NCBI GenBank assembly: GCA_030704615.1
Contig: CM060733.1
Coordinates: 54,374,001-54,438,000, forward strand
Source: Takakia lepidozioides
Lineage: Eukaryota > Plantae > Bryophyta
DNA length: 64,000 nt
Direction of reading: 5' to 3'
Shown here one piece after another: positions 1 through 13,405 of the stretch (positions within the stretch are counted from its first letter, which is position 1; each line of letters opens with the position of its first letter). A program made the position numbers and the translations under genes. The notes under the pieces are model-generated. The model ran no database searches. It was not told where the DNA came from and was given only the letters and a program-made list of their open reading frames with translations.

Positions 1-196
1 CCAGGACACTCCTCTTCTGAGTAATCCCACCACCTGGTATGGTGGTTAGCTCGTATGCGTGCAGAAGTGTATCCAAAGTATCTTCCTACAACAATAGAAC
101 GTCGCCTTTAGTTGCAGGGAAATTCTGGGGAACATTTCCATGCCTATCAACAATCTGCAGAAGTGGCGACGACAGAGGGTTGGATGAGTTGATTGC
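1..196 (-). pseudogene. Mug135/Mug2 C-terminal-domain-like gene, copy 1 (C-terminal part, in-frame stop, runs off the window edge)
   Basis: Reverse complement reads AINSSNPLSSPLLQIVDRHGNVPQNFPATKGDVLLL*EDTLDTLLHAYELTTIPGGGITQKRSVL, nearly identical to 45270-45465. TAG at 86-88 where copy 3 has CAG. Confidence 0.75.
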
Positions 197-2597
197 TTTC
201 TCAGATTGCTGCAATAATGTATTGTGAATTGTTTCTGTCAAAAATTCATAATGACATGTTTGCAACGTCCTCAAGGGATATGTCCTGCAACACAAAGGCA
301 ACACAAAGGCGATCATAACATTATTCCGTATTGTAGACAATACCACATTATCATAGAAAGTAGGGAAAATGTCATGATCGTTAACGATTGTGACACTTGA
401 CTTTATCTCGAAATTGTTAAAATCCTTTATAGATTGTTTTTTTTTTTTTTTTTTTTTTTTTCTTGGTTCGATATGCGAATGTCATGATCATTGACGATCA
501 TAACATTTTTCCATGCCCACTGCACGTCTAGATTGATGCACTTGCTTATTGGATAGACATCATTTTTTAGCAAATGGTTCATCATAATGATACATGTCTA
601 CACCACAATTGGACTGTCTCACCATTGTTTCTACGTTGGAAGCTTATTTGAAATGTTGACTAGTCAGCAATGGACAAAGTTTATCATATCTAAGCTAAGG
701 CTAATAGACCTTGAGTTCACGTCATCAACAAAGTGCATGCAATTGCATTTAGGACATAGAGGTAGTTGCAAGATAAGGTTGACAAAAAACGGCAGATACT
801 TCCATGGAAGTCCATGACCAAATTTAAATTGACGATATTTTCCCAAATAATTTGAAATGATGATAGACAATGATATATGTAACATTTTTAGTATAGGGTC
901 TTACCCCAAACATCAAAGATAATTTTTACTATAAATTTTAGTCTTTAACTTGAATAAAATTTGATATATCAAAAATTAAAATTTACATCAATTTATCTAT
1001 ATACAACCAAGCCATTGTAGATTATAATTTTGTATCATTTGCAGTAAAATATGACACCTCAAAAGCCCAAATTACACGAAGCGACATTATAATGCTTCTT
1101 CATCCTAAATGATTACTGCCTTATCTTGAAAGGTGGATACTTTGAACTTTAGATCAGGGTTCACCTAAGTTATTCTCACACAAACATCCAACCATTGGGA
1201 TACGCGTTCTAGTGCTCGTACCACATATAACAAGGTTGAAACTAGGGGAAGTCACTCGGCATGAAATCCAAACCATGTGCGATAAAACATAGGGTCCAAC
1301 AAACTCTTGAAAAATAAAAATTCTAAGAGATTTAATTTTAACAAAAGGTTGTGATATTATGAAAATTATATTTATAAAAAAAATAGGGGTACTTCTTTGC
1401 CTTTGAGTTATGGGATAAAAAAAAAGGAGGGTTGTGGAGCTAGGATTCCTTTCACCATTGTGATTCCACTGGTGGATGAACGTAAGTAGGTGAATATGGA
1501 TGGATGAAGCTGGATGAAGTTACAAGGAGGTCACGATTTGTCTTACTCTAACAGCTAGTTTAGGACTAGGATCCGGATTAAAGCATACAGAACTTTATAT
1601 AATACTTCAAAATAAATTTGGGTGCTAGTAAAAGAATATAGTATTTTTTATAATTCAAAATAGGGTGTCTACAAAAAAATCTTATTACAAAATTATTTAA
1701 TGCAAGGGTACCAAAAAAAAAACCAAATAATATCCCCCAACTATACACCCTTTGTTCACAGATGGTAACAAAATTTTACAAGGAGTTATCTCCCCGGGTG
1801 TAGAAAATACAATTGTCCAATCTGACACCTTTCACAATTTTTTATTTTATTTTATTTTTCACAATTAATAATGTGTTATGGTATTAATGACGAATGACAT
1901 ATAAAGAGAGGCATGTTTATCATACTTATTACCACATCATGTTATTATTTAGTATTTAGTATTTATTTGAAAAGGGAAACACCTAGGAGCGACTGCTCAC
2001 AAATCGGCCCCTTGATAGTGAGAGGAGAAAATAACCTCTTTCATAGTAACCTCGCCATGAAGGCTTTCTGATGGAACACCGCCCAAGGGAAGGGGGATGA
2101 GAGCATACCACATCCGTCAGGTAAGCAGGATTTTTTCTAGCAAATTTGTCTCATGTATATAACATCCAACATTCAATAGCTTAGTTGGTTAGTGCACCGA
2201 GTTCCACCCAGATGATTCGTGGGTAAAGTGTAATATATATGTGACATATGTTTTTTTTAAAAAAAATACATGAAGTTGCAATTGGCGTGGGATGACATTA
2301 TGAATCATCCAACACAGCCAATATGTGACTTCTGAATGAATGATGACTTCTGAACTCATCCCATGGTAGACCATTTTGCCACATCTCACCTTGGACTGTG
2401 AGCCTGATAGCTTCTGACTCATCCTCATGTCAAGCCCTGGATCCGTACATGTCCAACTTTTTAGAATAATGTGCTTCCATCCGTAAGTTAGTATTTGAAG
2501 TCTCGACACCACACCAACCATGAAATTTGAATACACCCAACGTTAGTCCTTCAAGTGCAATGCACGTGGTTTAACTTTATACATATTGTGACAACCA

Positions 2598-2738
2598 AGT
2601 TGTAGCCTAGTGGTAATGGGCGCATACCACCTTGGAAATGGTTGTGGGTGCAATCCACCAATTGGTGAACAAAGGTGTCCACCTTCCTAACGAAAGGCAG
2701 TAGCCCTTGGGGGTGAGGAGACACCATAAGTTACGCTT
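2598..2738 (+). mobile_element. tRNA-derived SINE-like element (degenerate)
   Basis: A-box-like TAGCCTAGTGG (2603), B-box-like GGGTGCAATCC, then a body (ccaccaattggtg..caaaggtgtccaccttc..gagacaccataa) shared with 4102-4207. Confidence 0.5.
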
Positions 2739-4101
2739 CGTTTGGGAGGCGTCATACTTTTTATATATGATATCAACGTGTCAAAACACTGAGTGTAACA
2801 CAATACGGTTTTCTATGATGACACGTTTACAGTGAATATTAGCCATCCATATAGTTCTATTCTAGACATATCTTTGAATACTTATTGAAAGACTATGCCA
2901 TTGTATTGGTCAATAAATCGGATTTGAGAAAAAGCAATAGGAATAATGTAATAACAATGCACACGATTGTATATGGTTAATGGTTAACTATACATATCGA
3001 ACTTTTTGAGTCCACACGCAATCCTTTGTTTATTTTAAAAAATCGTCGTGGTTATAATGTCACAATATTCACACATCCCGAGGAAACTTGTTGATTTGTT
3101 CTATGGCCAAGTGTCACATGGGTGACCTATCACTTTTGCACAAAAATCAAAGTAGGAGTAAGTATATCTTTGATGTGGACATGTGAGAGAATATGTTCAC
3201 ATATTTGCTTGGTCTACCCGACGTATGCTCGCCGCAATGTAAAAAGCACATGCCCATGATTGTCCGTTTCATTTTCCCAAAATCCTCTTGAATATATTTG
3301 GACAGGCCTCACGGCCCATTTACCAATGTCCGCGAGAAGATTGTGTCAACATTGCAAACATGTCTATTTCCTCAAAGAAAGTAGCTGCGAAGTCGCCCAA
3401 CTCTGATAATCAATTAATCATTGATATGATGGACACAGTGCGCGGTGGCCCAGTGGTTCAGCAACTACCTATGCTGTAACTGCCTGCTCACTGCCTGCTG
3501 AGGTCAATTTTTTCCACGTTTCTTGATGAATTTTGGGGCTATTTTCTCTCCTCCCCCCTCCCCCCGGGCCTAAGAAAAAGAAGACACCATCTGAACTGAC
3601 CTGTAGGTTTGGGATTTATTACCGGTTGTTGTTAGTTTTTCAATAATTGTTTTTTTTTCCCATTGTCAAAGATTTTCCCTTTACAAGAGAAGAAAAAAGA
3701 AAACCAGATGCAGATAGTCGCGCGGTTGGGCAATCTTGTGTATGGGCCTGTGCTGCATCTGGGGCTAATTCCGTGGCCTTGGGGTCTAGGTTCAGTCACG
3801 TGTATGCCTCCATGGCTCATAAGTGAAAGGGGTTATTTTTAATCCTCCTCAAAAAAGGGCCTGAATTGTGAGCCGCTACCGTATTTTCCTTTAAAAAAAA
3901 AATGAGCATGTTTTGAGGGCCTGAATTTTCCTACGTGTACCCAGTAGAACTTGTCACTCATACTTTTCTGACCCTGCCACGTCATTATTCTCTTCGCATG
4001 GGCACTGGGTAAAATTCACATGTGGCCCTTGTGGCGATTTTGGAGAAATTAAAAAAAAACTGTATGCCTCATGGCTTTTGGTACACGAGGTTATGTTTTC
4101 C

Positions 4102-4207
4102 TTGCCCAGCGGTAATGCACACATCACCTCAGAAGTGGTTGTGGGTTCAATCCACCGATTGGTGTCACAAAGGTGTCCACCTTCAAGAGACACCATAACT
4201 TACACTT
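4102..4207 (+). mobile_element. tRNA-derived SINE-like element, same family as 2598-2738
   Basis: TTGCCCAGCGGTAA (A-box-like), GGGTTCAATCC (B-box), and a body colinear with the 2.6 kb copy. Confidence 0.5.
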
Positions 4208-5562
4208 ATATATTTTCTTCCTTGCCCTTTAATTTGATCAACAGGGCTCGGTCCCCTTTATAAAAGTCGGAAGATCCCCCAATTCTCGCCTTCATTAGCT
4301 CAGTGGTTGCTTCATCTTTTGATGCTGGTCTCTTGTGTCCTTGGCTCCAGCCGGCCTTCCTCTGTCTGTGTTCTACTCAAGTTGTCCCTCGCACTGCTTC
4401 AGTGTGTTTTTTCCGTAGGGCTATGAGGGTCTTAAAATTTTTCCTTGACTCAGGATTGTAAGGTTTCTAATAAAGGTTTCTTCTGATTTGTTGGCTAAGG
4501 GCAGCAATGGTGAAAAAACGCCAGATTTCGACCTGGAAAATGGTCAGCTACTTGTACAAAGGAATTATGGGGGTAAAACTCAAAAAATTCGCCCCATAGG
4601 GCCAGTAGTCATGAGTGTGATTTGCCTACGTGCACCTATTAACATATGCCACCTGTTATATAGACTCTTTTCTAACCCTGTCACCTGGTTATTCTCGCTA
4701 CGTGGGCGCTGGGTAGAATTTACATGTGGTCCCTGGCACCCTGGCAGGGGAGTGACTTTGCAACATGTTCAAGTCAATGGAGAAAATCTGGTCAACTAAC
4801 CTTACACCATGTCAAGACTCTTATTGGCCCCAAGACATTCAGTGGTGTGTGTTGCTCTGAGTCATGCCAATTAGCAATGCAAATTTAGCATGCTAGAGAG
4901 ACCATTTGTGTATAGGTAGTAAGAAAAACATAAGATCTTAGTAGAAACTATTTTTGACACTATGTATCAATCCGGAGTTCACAGTTTGCTGCAGAGAAAA
5001 AAGATGGTGGGTCAGAAGGGCCTTTGAAGTTATAATTTTAGAACCTACAAAGGTAGGCTTGACTGTATGCATCCCAAAATAAACAAAGAAAAAGGGGACC
5101 AGATTGTTGTTGTCGGTTGGGAACAACGGACGCCTCCTTCCTATCTTCTCGGCTTTCCTGCCTGTCTCTCTCACCTACCGCGGGCTGCTGCTGCTGCTAG
5201 GCGATGTTTTGTTTGTCCTTTTCTGAATTACGTACTTCATAGCCCGCATCTTTGCGGCAGTAGAGTCTCTACAGCCGAGCTTATCACAGTGTTTATAATC
5301 TAGGGACTACTACCAGGTAGTAGTTAGTTCCCCGTCCCCAAGACACAGCATTTGTGTTTGAGCTGAGAGCTGCAGAGGTCGTTTGGGTGTCACCTTCCGA
5401 TCTAATGCTTTCTCATTCTTCGCATTATCTCTCTCTGTCGTATTTTCTCTCTTCCTCCAGGCCTCTTGTGCACGGAACACTTTGCTTTGTTTTCGTTTGC
5501 TGTCACGCTCACATAGCTGCTTGAGGCTTGCGTCTTCTCTCCATACGCTGAAAGTTTTCGCC

Positions 5563-5820
5563 ATGGTGCACACATCTCCTCCACATGGGTTCCGAGCTCA
5601 TACCCATCCAGGACCCCAGCCGCCTCCACAGCGAGCACCTCCGCGCCCTCGTCCAACACCTCCTCCTACAATAGTAGTGGTGAATAGGCCCCCTCCCACT
5701 CACATCCCGACCCCGACGCCATATCCGCCCCCACCTCATGACTACAACGGCCACCCCAACTTCGGGCTCAGGGTCAGCACCAGCTTCTTCATCGGCATGG
5801 GGCTTTTTTCTTCCCTTTGA
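5563..5820 (+). CDS. Small proline-rich protein (85 aa), unknown function
   Basis: ATG in gccATGG context, followed by a GC-rich Pro-rich ORF (PGPQPPPQRAPPRPRPTPPP...PYPPPP) with a short hydrophobic tail. No family recognised. Confidence 0.3.
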   Translation: MVHTSPPHGFRAHTHPGPQPPPQRAPPRPRPTPPPTIVVVNRPPPTHIPTPTPYPPPPHDYNGHPNFGLRVSTSFFIGMGLFSSL

Positions 5821-7779
5821 GCGCTTTAAATATGGTGATGGATCCAGCTCCAGGATATTATCAAGCGATCGCTTTGGAGACATTGTGTTCGGATCCGTCT
5901 TCCAGTACACTAGTATAACTTATACTCAAATATACTTTTGAACGTTACTGTAATAGATTACAGCTACATGGCTACTACATTTTTGAACATTCACGCAGAG
6001 GGTCTCCAAGGTTTCAGATCAGTTTTATCCTTGTTTCAGACCGAGTGCCAGGAATAATTGGCTAGGGACCCGCAGGGTGCGGGTCAGTTCTTGCTACAAT
6101 AGGATATGTCCAGACATTTGTGTTTCCACATACTGCTTTCAAATGTTTTCATTTATTTGCTATACTCTGAGTTTGAAACGGAAGACGTGACCTCAAGTGG
6201 AATTTTCGTATCTCAGCTAATTTGCAACTTACAAGTTTACGAGCATCATACTTATAGTGACTCTCGACTCTACTCTTGTCCTGGCACAATATACGTGTGT
6301 TTGTGTCTACGGTAAGACATGTGACATGTACACAGTTGTTTGTTCAGCCTGATGCCTCTCTCATGTGGAGAATATGCCAGGTACACTGTGCAGAAGAAAA
6401 GAAAGAGGACTCCTCCCGGAGGAAGCGTAAATTATAGTGTGATCACTTCATCATCCCCAAGGACTACTGCCTTCCGTGATACATTGTGCATTGATTAAGA
6501 TGAATGCTCAAGTTGCTAGTTTGTGACCTCAACCTCCTTCAATCTGCGACCTGATATTAAAATTCTTTCATAGCTCAATCGTGGAAGGGATTTTGATATG
6601 CTAAACCATCAAGCGCACAAAGTTTGGGAGAGGTGCAAATGTAGTATAAGATTAATTAGGCTGGACGGGGTCCCAGCACATGCAGACAGGGCCGTGCTTC
6701 TAGTAGTGATCAGTCTTCTTGAACTCAAACTGAGATGCTGTTCTGTTCGCTGAGTGACTTGTGGAAATGGGATGACATTGGGCTGCTCCCCCAATACAGT
6801 CTCCTGCTACTCTTTACATGTTCTCTCCATTAGACTGTCTTCCTCGTCATCAAGCTTGCCAAGGATCTATCACAACCCCTGCAGATTGTGGGCAGTATGG
6901 TCGCTACAACTACTTGTGGAAGCTGTACTATGGGAATGCATGACTTGGAGACATCAGCAGTGCCAACTTTCTTTCAGTTCTAAAAGATTTTGAATCCAGT
7001 TTTCCTAGTCTATTATAGAGAAGCATCGATGTGGGCTCAGACCCTTCTAATTTGATGTTGAAGCCTACTTCAACCTGTCATTGTTTTCTTTTCTGATCCC
7101 AAGTAGAGGCTAGAGAGAAGTTGATACCATTCTAGGCAGGGAAGAGGATTGCGATAGTTTGGGCTAGGCCAGCCTGCTTCCCACATTGGAGGCTGTAACC
7201 ATAGCCTCATGCAAGAGAGAAAAGACTTCAGCTGAAGCTGGCGTCACTAAGAGCAACTTCACTTCACCTCCCTTTTGGAAGTGGGCCCTATATCATTAAA
7301 ATTTGAATGCCCCCTAGTTTGTGGTTTGATTGTCTCTTTCAAAATATATGCTCCAATGCCCTTTTGCGTCAATGGGCTTCCACGTACTATTCTTCTGTAA
7401 AATGGTTTCTTTGTATTGATCGTAAGGATTTTCCGCTTTTCCCGTGTGTCTTTAGTGATCATCTGGAGCAGAATTTCCCTATGTGGGGGTCATACAGGGA
7501 AACTCCCCGTAAGAGATATCTTACTCGGGATATTCCTGTAAGATATCCTTGTAAGGCTGGGCCCGTTTCTTTTCTTTTCTTCATCTTTCTATTTTCTTCT
7601 TTATCTTTTTTCCTGAAAATGGAGTACACGATCCGCCATCCAAGTCGAAAGATGTCAGCCGTCGATGCATACCCTAAGAGAAATAAGCTGAAAAGAAAAA
7701 AGTTGGAAAATCCTTACGCAGATAAAGATAAAGATAAAGATTCTTTAACGTCCAGTGAATTTACAGAGCCTGCTCAACA

Positions 7780-7897
7780 CACAAGCCATCGAGGGCCCAA
7801 TGGACGGTCTGAAGGCAAATGTTGAAGGATTGAACCCAGGATCACCTGAGCTATGCACAGGCAAGGCACAAATACCCAACCACTGGGCTACCTGCTC
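7780..7897 (-). mobile_element. tRNA-derived SINE-like head
   Basis: Minus strand has TAGCCCAGTGG (A box, 7880-7890) and GGGTTCAATCC (B box, 7827-7837). No complete cloverleaf. 3' end uncertain. Confidence 0.45.
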
Positions 7898-8122
7898 AAG
7901 TGCAGAGGAAGTGACTTCCCCGAGGTCCTTCTCCCTTTTGAGGTTTGCAAACGAGGGACAGTGATTTCCCCTATACATTTTTGATCCTGCGATAAAGCCC
8001 ACCTCCCAGATGGGGCAGTACTTGCAAGGGGAAGCGGCTCTGCATCATCTCTCTCTCTCTCTCCTCCAAAGCAAGATATGTATTAGCAATATTGGTGAAT
8101 GGATCCATTCGAGCCCTAATGT

Positions 8123-8577
8123 ACTAGAGAACGGGCCGTGTTTGGCCGATTCTGCACTGTAATCGGCCAGCCCGTCAGGACGAGCCCCATGGCCGCGCAC
8201 AGGGCAGAGTCGGCCAACGCGGCCCGTTCACTGGCGTAAAACGCAGGTGTGGCGGATTCTCTCCGCTACGTGGCGCAATATGATTGAGTTTCGATTATCC
8301 CATATCGATTGCCCAGATTCAGAGCCCCAGAGAGGATATAAACAGAGGATAAAGAAGTGTTGAGCCCCAGAGAGGATATAAACAGAGGATAAAAAAGTGT
8401 TGAGCCCCAGGGGAAGGCGGGTGGGTTGATGGCTGATGACATGGGCCACGGTGGCAGGTCCGCTGTCCCCTGTGCGTAATCGGTCATCGCTGCCGATTCT
8501 GCCCAGGGTGGCCGATTCGGCCTGAGAATTAGGCCGAAAAAGTGGCAGAATCCGCCACACCTGCTTTTAACGGTAGC
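8123..8577. mobile_element. Composite non-autonomous element(s): ~110 bp fold-back plus ~350 bp TIR element with an internal 40-bp tandem repeat
   Basis: IR acgggccgtgtttggccgattctgc (8131) / gcagagtcggccaacgcggcccgt (8204). IR aaaacgcaggtgtggcggattct (8238) / agaatccgccacacctgctttt (8547). Tandem gagccccagagaggatataaacagaggataa x2 (8322-8410). Confidence 0.55.
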
Positions 8578-9586
8578 AAACACTACAAAATAACATAGCT
8601 GGAGCTGTGGGGGGTGCTATGGAAATTTCTGGCTCGCCTTAACCTTGCAGGGTGAAAATCCCAATCCTACCCCCAAGGGTAGTTCACTCAACAGGGACCA
8701 GTCAAAGACTGCATCGACTCCAGCTTTGAGGGACCAACGTCTGAGATTCACTCAGTAATTTTGACCCCAAATACTGTAAACTGAGAACACAATGTTGTGC
8801 ATCTGTGCAATAGCAGGTTTCAGAGTTGATGAACAAGAAATGCAACACTCATGTTTGAAGGATCTCCATCTTCAAATGAAGCAAACAATAACAAGTATAC
8901 AGCTCCAAACTGTGACTTGTTACATGTTGCATTCACTAAATGAAGAACTCATGACTGGGGATGCACTGAGGTACATGCTGAAGATTGGTTCAAAGAAAAC
9001 AAGTCCAACAGAAATCAGGAAGAACACAATATCTCAGCAAATGTTGGATAATCTGCCACTTGAACCCTGTACATTCTATGGTCTTATGAGACCTGTAACT
9101 ATGTCTCCTACGTGCTGTACCAAGACAAATGAATATCACCAGGGGGTCCATGGTTGCAACACTAGGAGTAAATGACTTATCGGCAAATTGGGGGGCGGTT
9201 GTAAGAGAAAACTTGCTTGAGCTCTTGGTGCATAGAAGGACACTAATATGAGCATCGATTTCTCCCACTACCTTGACATCACCTCCTGGTAAGAATGTGT
9301 CTGACATATGGTGACACCCACTGTTGATCTGACCAGTCCCTGTGAGGGAAACCAATGGTAACTTCAAGGACAGAGGGGAAGGTGCAGCAACCTATCAAGC
9401 ACAGGGATTGTCCTGGTCTTAAGAGAAGGGCTAAGGTTTGACTCCATATGGAGCAACCGGCATGGTGGTAGCTTATGGAAGGAAAGTTAAAGGAGTTGCA
9501 GAGAGGGAGGGGTAGTGGCTGTATCTATTCACACTGCCTTGTGTAAACTATGTTGCAAATAAGGCTGCTAACATCCACACTGCAGG

Positions 9587-12500
9587 TCAGTAGCCAACTA
9601 TGGGTCTCACGTACTTTTTTTGTCTTAGGAGCTGTCTGATCTCTTCCAGGACCTGCACATCCCACATTAGATGAGGACCATAAGTCAAAACCCCATGAAC
9701 ACCTTCACCACTTGATGTGCATTCAAGGAAACAGACGAGTTGCGAATTGGTATGCCCGTGAACCCAAATATTATGAGTCCCTTGGGAATCTTTTAAGTAG
9801 TTAAGCTCTTGCCAAAACTGATCCAGGTGCATGCAGGGTCCCACAGGCTTTCGTGAAGGATAAGAAAGAGCACACTTCATAATTATCCACCAAAATTTCT
9901 GGTCATAACAAAAGCAAGCTGAAGTAACCCTACCTACATCAGTAAAAGAAACAAGCTTGTTTAGTACCTGAACAGCAATCATGGTTGGTGTGAGTCCTGA
10001 AGTGTCTTTGCAGCCTAGCCTCAAGGCCAAGTCTGTGCCACTCCAAACACATTCCACTTTTAGACCAGACCACCTTGCCCATCACATTCAACCCAAGACA
10101 TGATGACTAGCTTGCAAATTGAGGGATAAAAGTCACAGAGACACACCTGCAAGTGATACAGTCGCATCTGCATTGGCATAAGCTGCACCTCTCTCTTCGA
10201 AGAGCTTTGATAGCCTTGCTAGAGCCTGCCATGAACAAACAATCCATAAATGAGTGATGGCCTAGATTCAGCTCCTACACATCTGAAAATGTCTCTTCTG
10301 TATTCCCGCAGCCAATACGGCCAACTTGGCTAAGACAACATTGCAATTCACTCAAATATCCTCTCTGCCTTCCCCCCTCCGTCCTCCCTCATTACACGTC
10401 TAGTTAGCAGTCTTTCATTCTTAGAGATCAACCACAAAAACTGTACAAAGAGCATACAAAAGAATGCCTACCCTGGCGTCCAGCAAACTCGCCAACGTGA
10501 AGATGAAAACCAACCTGATGGTAAGCACAATCACAGCCTAAGAGAGGTCGAGATTCTGTGCCAACGGCTGTCACCCGCTTTGCCAATGCATCCAGCGGCA
10601 CATTCAACCAGACAGTGATACCATGCCTCAAATAACCCCTGCAGCAGTGTGGCAATTGACCTTCAGCTCAAATTCATGCTTGTTTGCTATGCCACAAAGG
10701 TAAAAGCTCTAGCCTGTGTGTCAAAAAACTGTGCACATTGGCATGCAACAAGACTACATGACAGCTCCATAGTGGAGGATAGTTGGAACTTATCTGTAGG
10801 AATAACCACCTATGAACACAGTCAGAGACAAACAAGGAGAGAAGGATGATAGGGCACATTACCAGTTGTGAGGTCGAACCACAGCACCGCCTCCGGTGGC
10901 AACCACTAAACAACCCATAGATGATAGCTGACTCAAGACCTCAGTCTGCACAAGTTCAATGATACGAAAATCAGCAATGATCCCAAAAACTATCAAGGGC
11001 CAATGTACAGAGGGACTTTGAACCACCTATCGTTTTGCACAACAATCCTGCACAATGCAGAGTAGTGTGGAGAAAGGAAGTCCTGAGCTCCATTCCAACT
11101 AAGAAAAAGAAGAATTGGCATGAATCAAGACCGACTGCATTCAAAGCCATAGGTCCCGACTGTGTTTCAAAGCCATAGGTCCCTTGAGCAAGGGAATTCC
11201 TTCCAAGAGGAATATGACATGGACAATCAAAATACAAGGATAGACCTAACAATTACCTCAAGTTCTCGGAAACCCTCCTCATGCCTTTCTCTGAAAATTT
11301 GTGCAACTGGCATCCCACCCGATGCATGTTCGATAAGCTCATCACTGCTTTTCACAAGCCAACAAAAAGATAGATCTGATCAGGAAAAAACCTCCTTGGA
11401 ATCTTATACAGCACCAAACCCCCTTTCTCAAAGTGGAACAGAGCAAGCTCGAAAGGTGAATAGGAGGGGATGACATCTTGCATATGCAGAATGATTGGTT
11501 GCACAAATTGGCCTATGTGTTAAGTAGACTGATACATGTGCAGATACAAAGAATGGATTGGATAAATAGCATTTACAAACCTATCGCAAAAATAGTAACC
11601 AAGGGCTTCAGACAATATTTTTCCCACTGTCGTCTTCCCACTGCCCATCATGCCTGCAACAGCAACCAGGAAATCCTTAAGTCACCATTGTGCACACACA
11701 GCAGCCAAACACCATTAACAGCTGTCTTGTTCTGAAAAACAGAGAGAGACATGCAAAATCACAGCTTACCAATGAGAAAGATACAAGTTCCCCTCAACTC
11801 TTGTCCCACTTGGTCTGCTTTTTCCTGCATGTTGTAGCTGTGCTGTGAGTAGGCCTGCTCCTCACTATCTGACATAAAGCTGATGGTGATTTCTAGTCTA
11901 TCTTTTATATCTAGAAGTTGATCAAAACACGCTCTTCAAAACACACAGTAAGCACACTCTTTTACATATACCCTCCAGCACTCCCAATCACAATACCCTG
12001 CAGGAAAAACCTGTAAACAAGACTCTAAAGAAAACAATCAGACCTCATTTCCCTGCACGATCTGAAGCCTGATGACTTGGGGTCAGGCACCAGGCAGTCA
12101 CCTCCCAGAAAATTATCCCCCCCCCATTGTATGATATATCTTAGTAAACAGCAGGAAGTGAGGAAAACCAAAAGAATTGACCAACAGAAAATTTGATCGA
12201 TGCCATGCTGAAAGCAACACCCCATTCAGATCAATACAACAGGCAACAGATTTGTGCTTTGAGCCAAAAGTGGCTGAATCAATCGCAAGCTCACCTTCAA
12301 CAGCAGCTCAAACTCGGCCGCCAAAACTGAATTGGGGTTCTCATCAAAGGCTGAACACAACGCAATCATATCAAATGTGTGAGAACCATTTGCATTAGAA
12401 TTCACATATAGAGCATGTACAGTTGATCTGTGGTGGTTTGGTTATGGATACAAGTACCAATTCCTCTGGACTTTAGCCAGCACTTCGCAAGCTGACAAGG

Positions 12501-13405
12501 GACCTTGCAACATGTACCTGACGCACCTTCTGAGTCGATTGCAGACTACATGGTCTGCCCCTTTGATGTTCTCAGCAAATAGTAGGGACACTCATTCCAA
12601 TAAAAGGACACTACAGCTGCATGTACAGAAACGGATGTAAGTTCAAGCTCACTCACTTGGAGTTTCCACCTCTATGCCATGAAGTTGATGAACGGTCCCA
12701 TTGCCAAGCGGCTGCCACAGTACACCGGTACATGTCAGTCCCCAGAACACCATGTGTTGCCTTCGATCAATCAGTAAACGTCAGAAAATAATCCTACTTG
12801 CAGTCTCCACTTCCATTTGGTCTCTCTCTCAGGTAGACAATGTCTGTCACGGAGATGCACATTTGCACCTCTACACGGAAATGAAGAAACAAATCTGCAG
12901 CATACTCCAGTCTGGTGGAAACTGTTCTGTCTGACACAATCTCTCCCATCGGTACAACTCTACCTCCTATTGCATAGTATTGCTGCAGCACAGCGATAAA
13001 TAAAACTGCTTGCTGGCACTTAACTTTGGATAGACCAACGTGATTCCTAGTGGACCAGCTTGCCGCACTTGCTTTGATTACAAAAGTAAAACCATCCTTA
13101 AAAAAGATGTCGTTCAGGGGAATTACCAACTCATCTATGGCCGCCGCACTATCCTGAATGTAGAGCTCACTGGCCTTGACGTTTCTGCGAGAGATTCCAA
13201 CCCTGGAATCAGGTCTTGGTGCTTCCCGCCTACACACACCTTGCCATGAAACACGTCCAAAGCGATCCGATGACGATGACACGGATTGCCAAGTTCCCTT
13301 TTCAATAAGAGATGACGACAATGGCAGTCTCGGCCGTACAAAGCCCCCCTTCAAGGAGGTGGACGAGGTACTGGCAGCGGCAATGTTTCCAACGGCAGCT
13401 GCCAT
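9587..13405 (-). CDS. SK: Shikimate kinase, plastid-targeted (about 11 coding exons)
   Basis: Ser/Ala-rich transit-peptide exon (13405-13127). GT-AG exons encode [32 protein letters not shown] (P-loop, ~11580-11655), [61 protein letters not shown] and [17 protein letters not shown]. Stop at 9587. Confidence 0.95.

Noticed and set aside
367-511. ~30-bp inverted repeat flanking a poly-T run
   Set aside because: Probably an old TE remnant. No boundaries or TSD could be defined.
5820-7250. Exon-like segments downstream of the Pro-rich ORF (e.g. YPCFRPSARNNWLG, DCGQYGRYNYLWKLYYG)
   Set aside because: Could not assemble a consistent spliced frame or recognise a family, and stops are present.
8322-8410. 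40-bp direct repeats as a possible CRISPR array
   Set aside because: Only about two tandem units with no unique spacers, in a eukaryotic context inside a TIR element.
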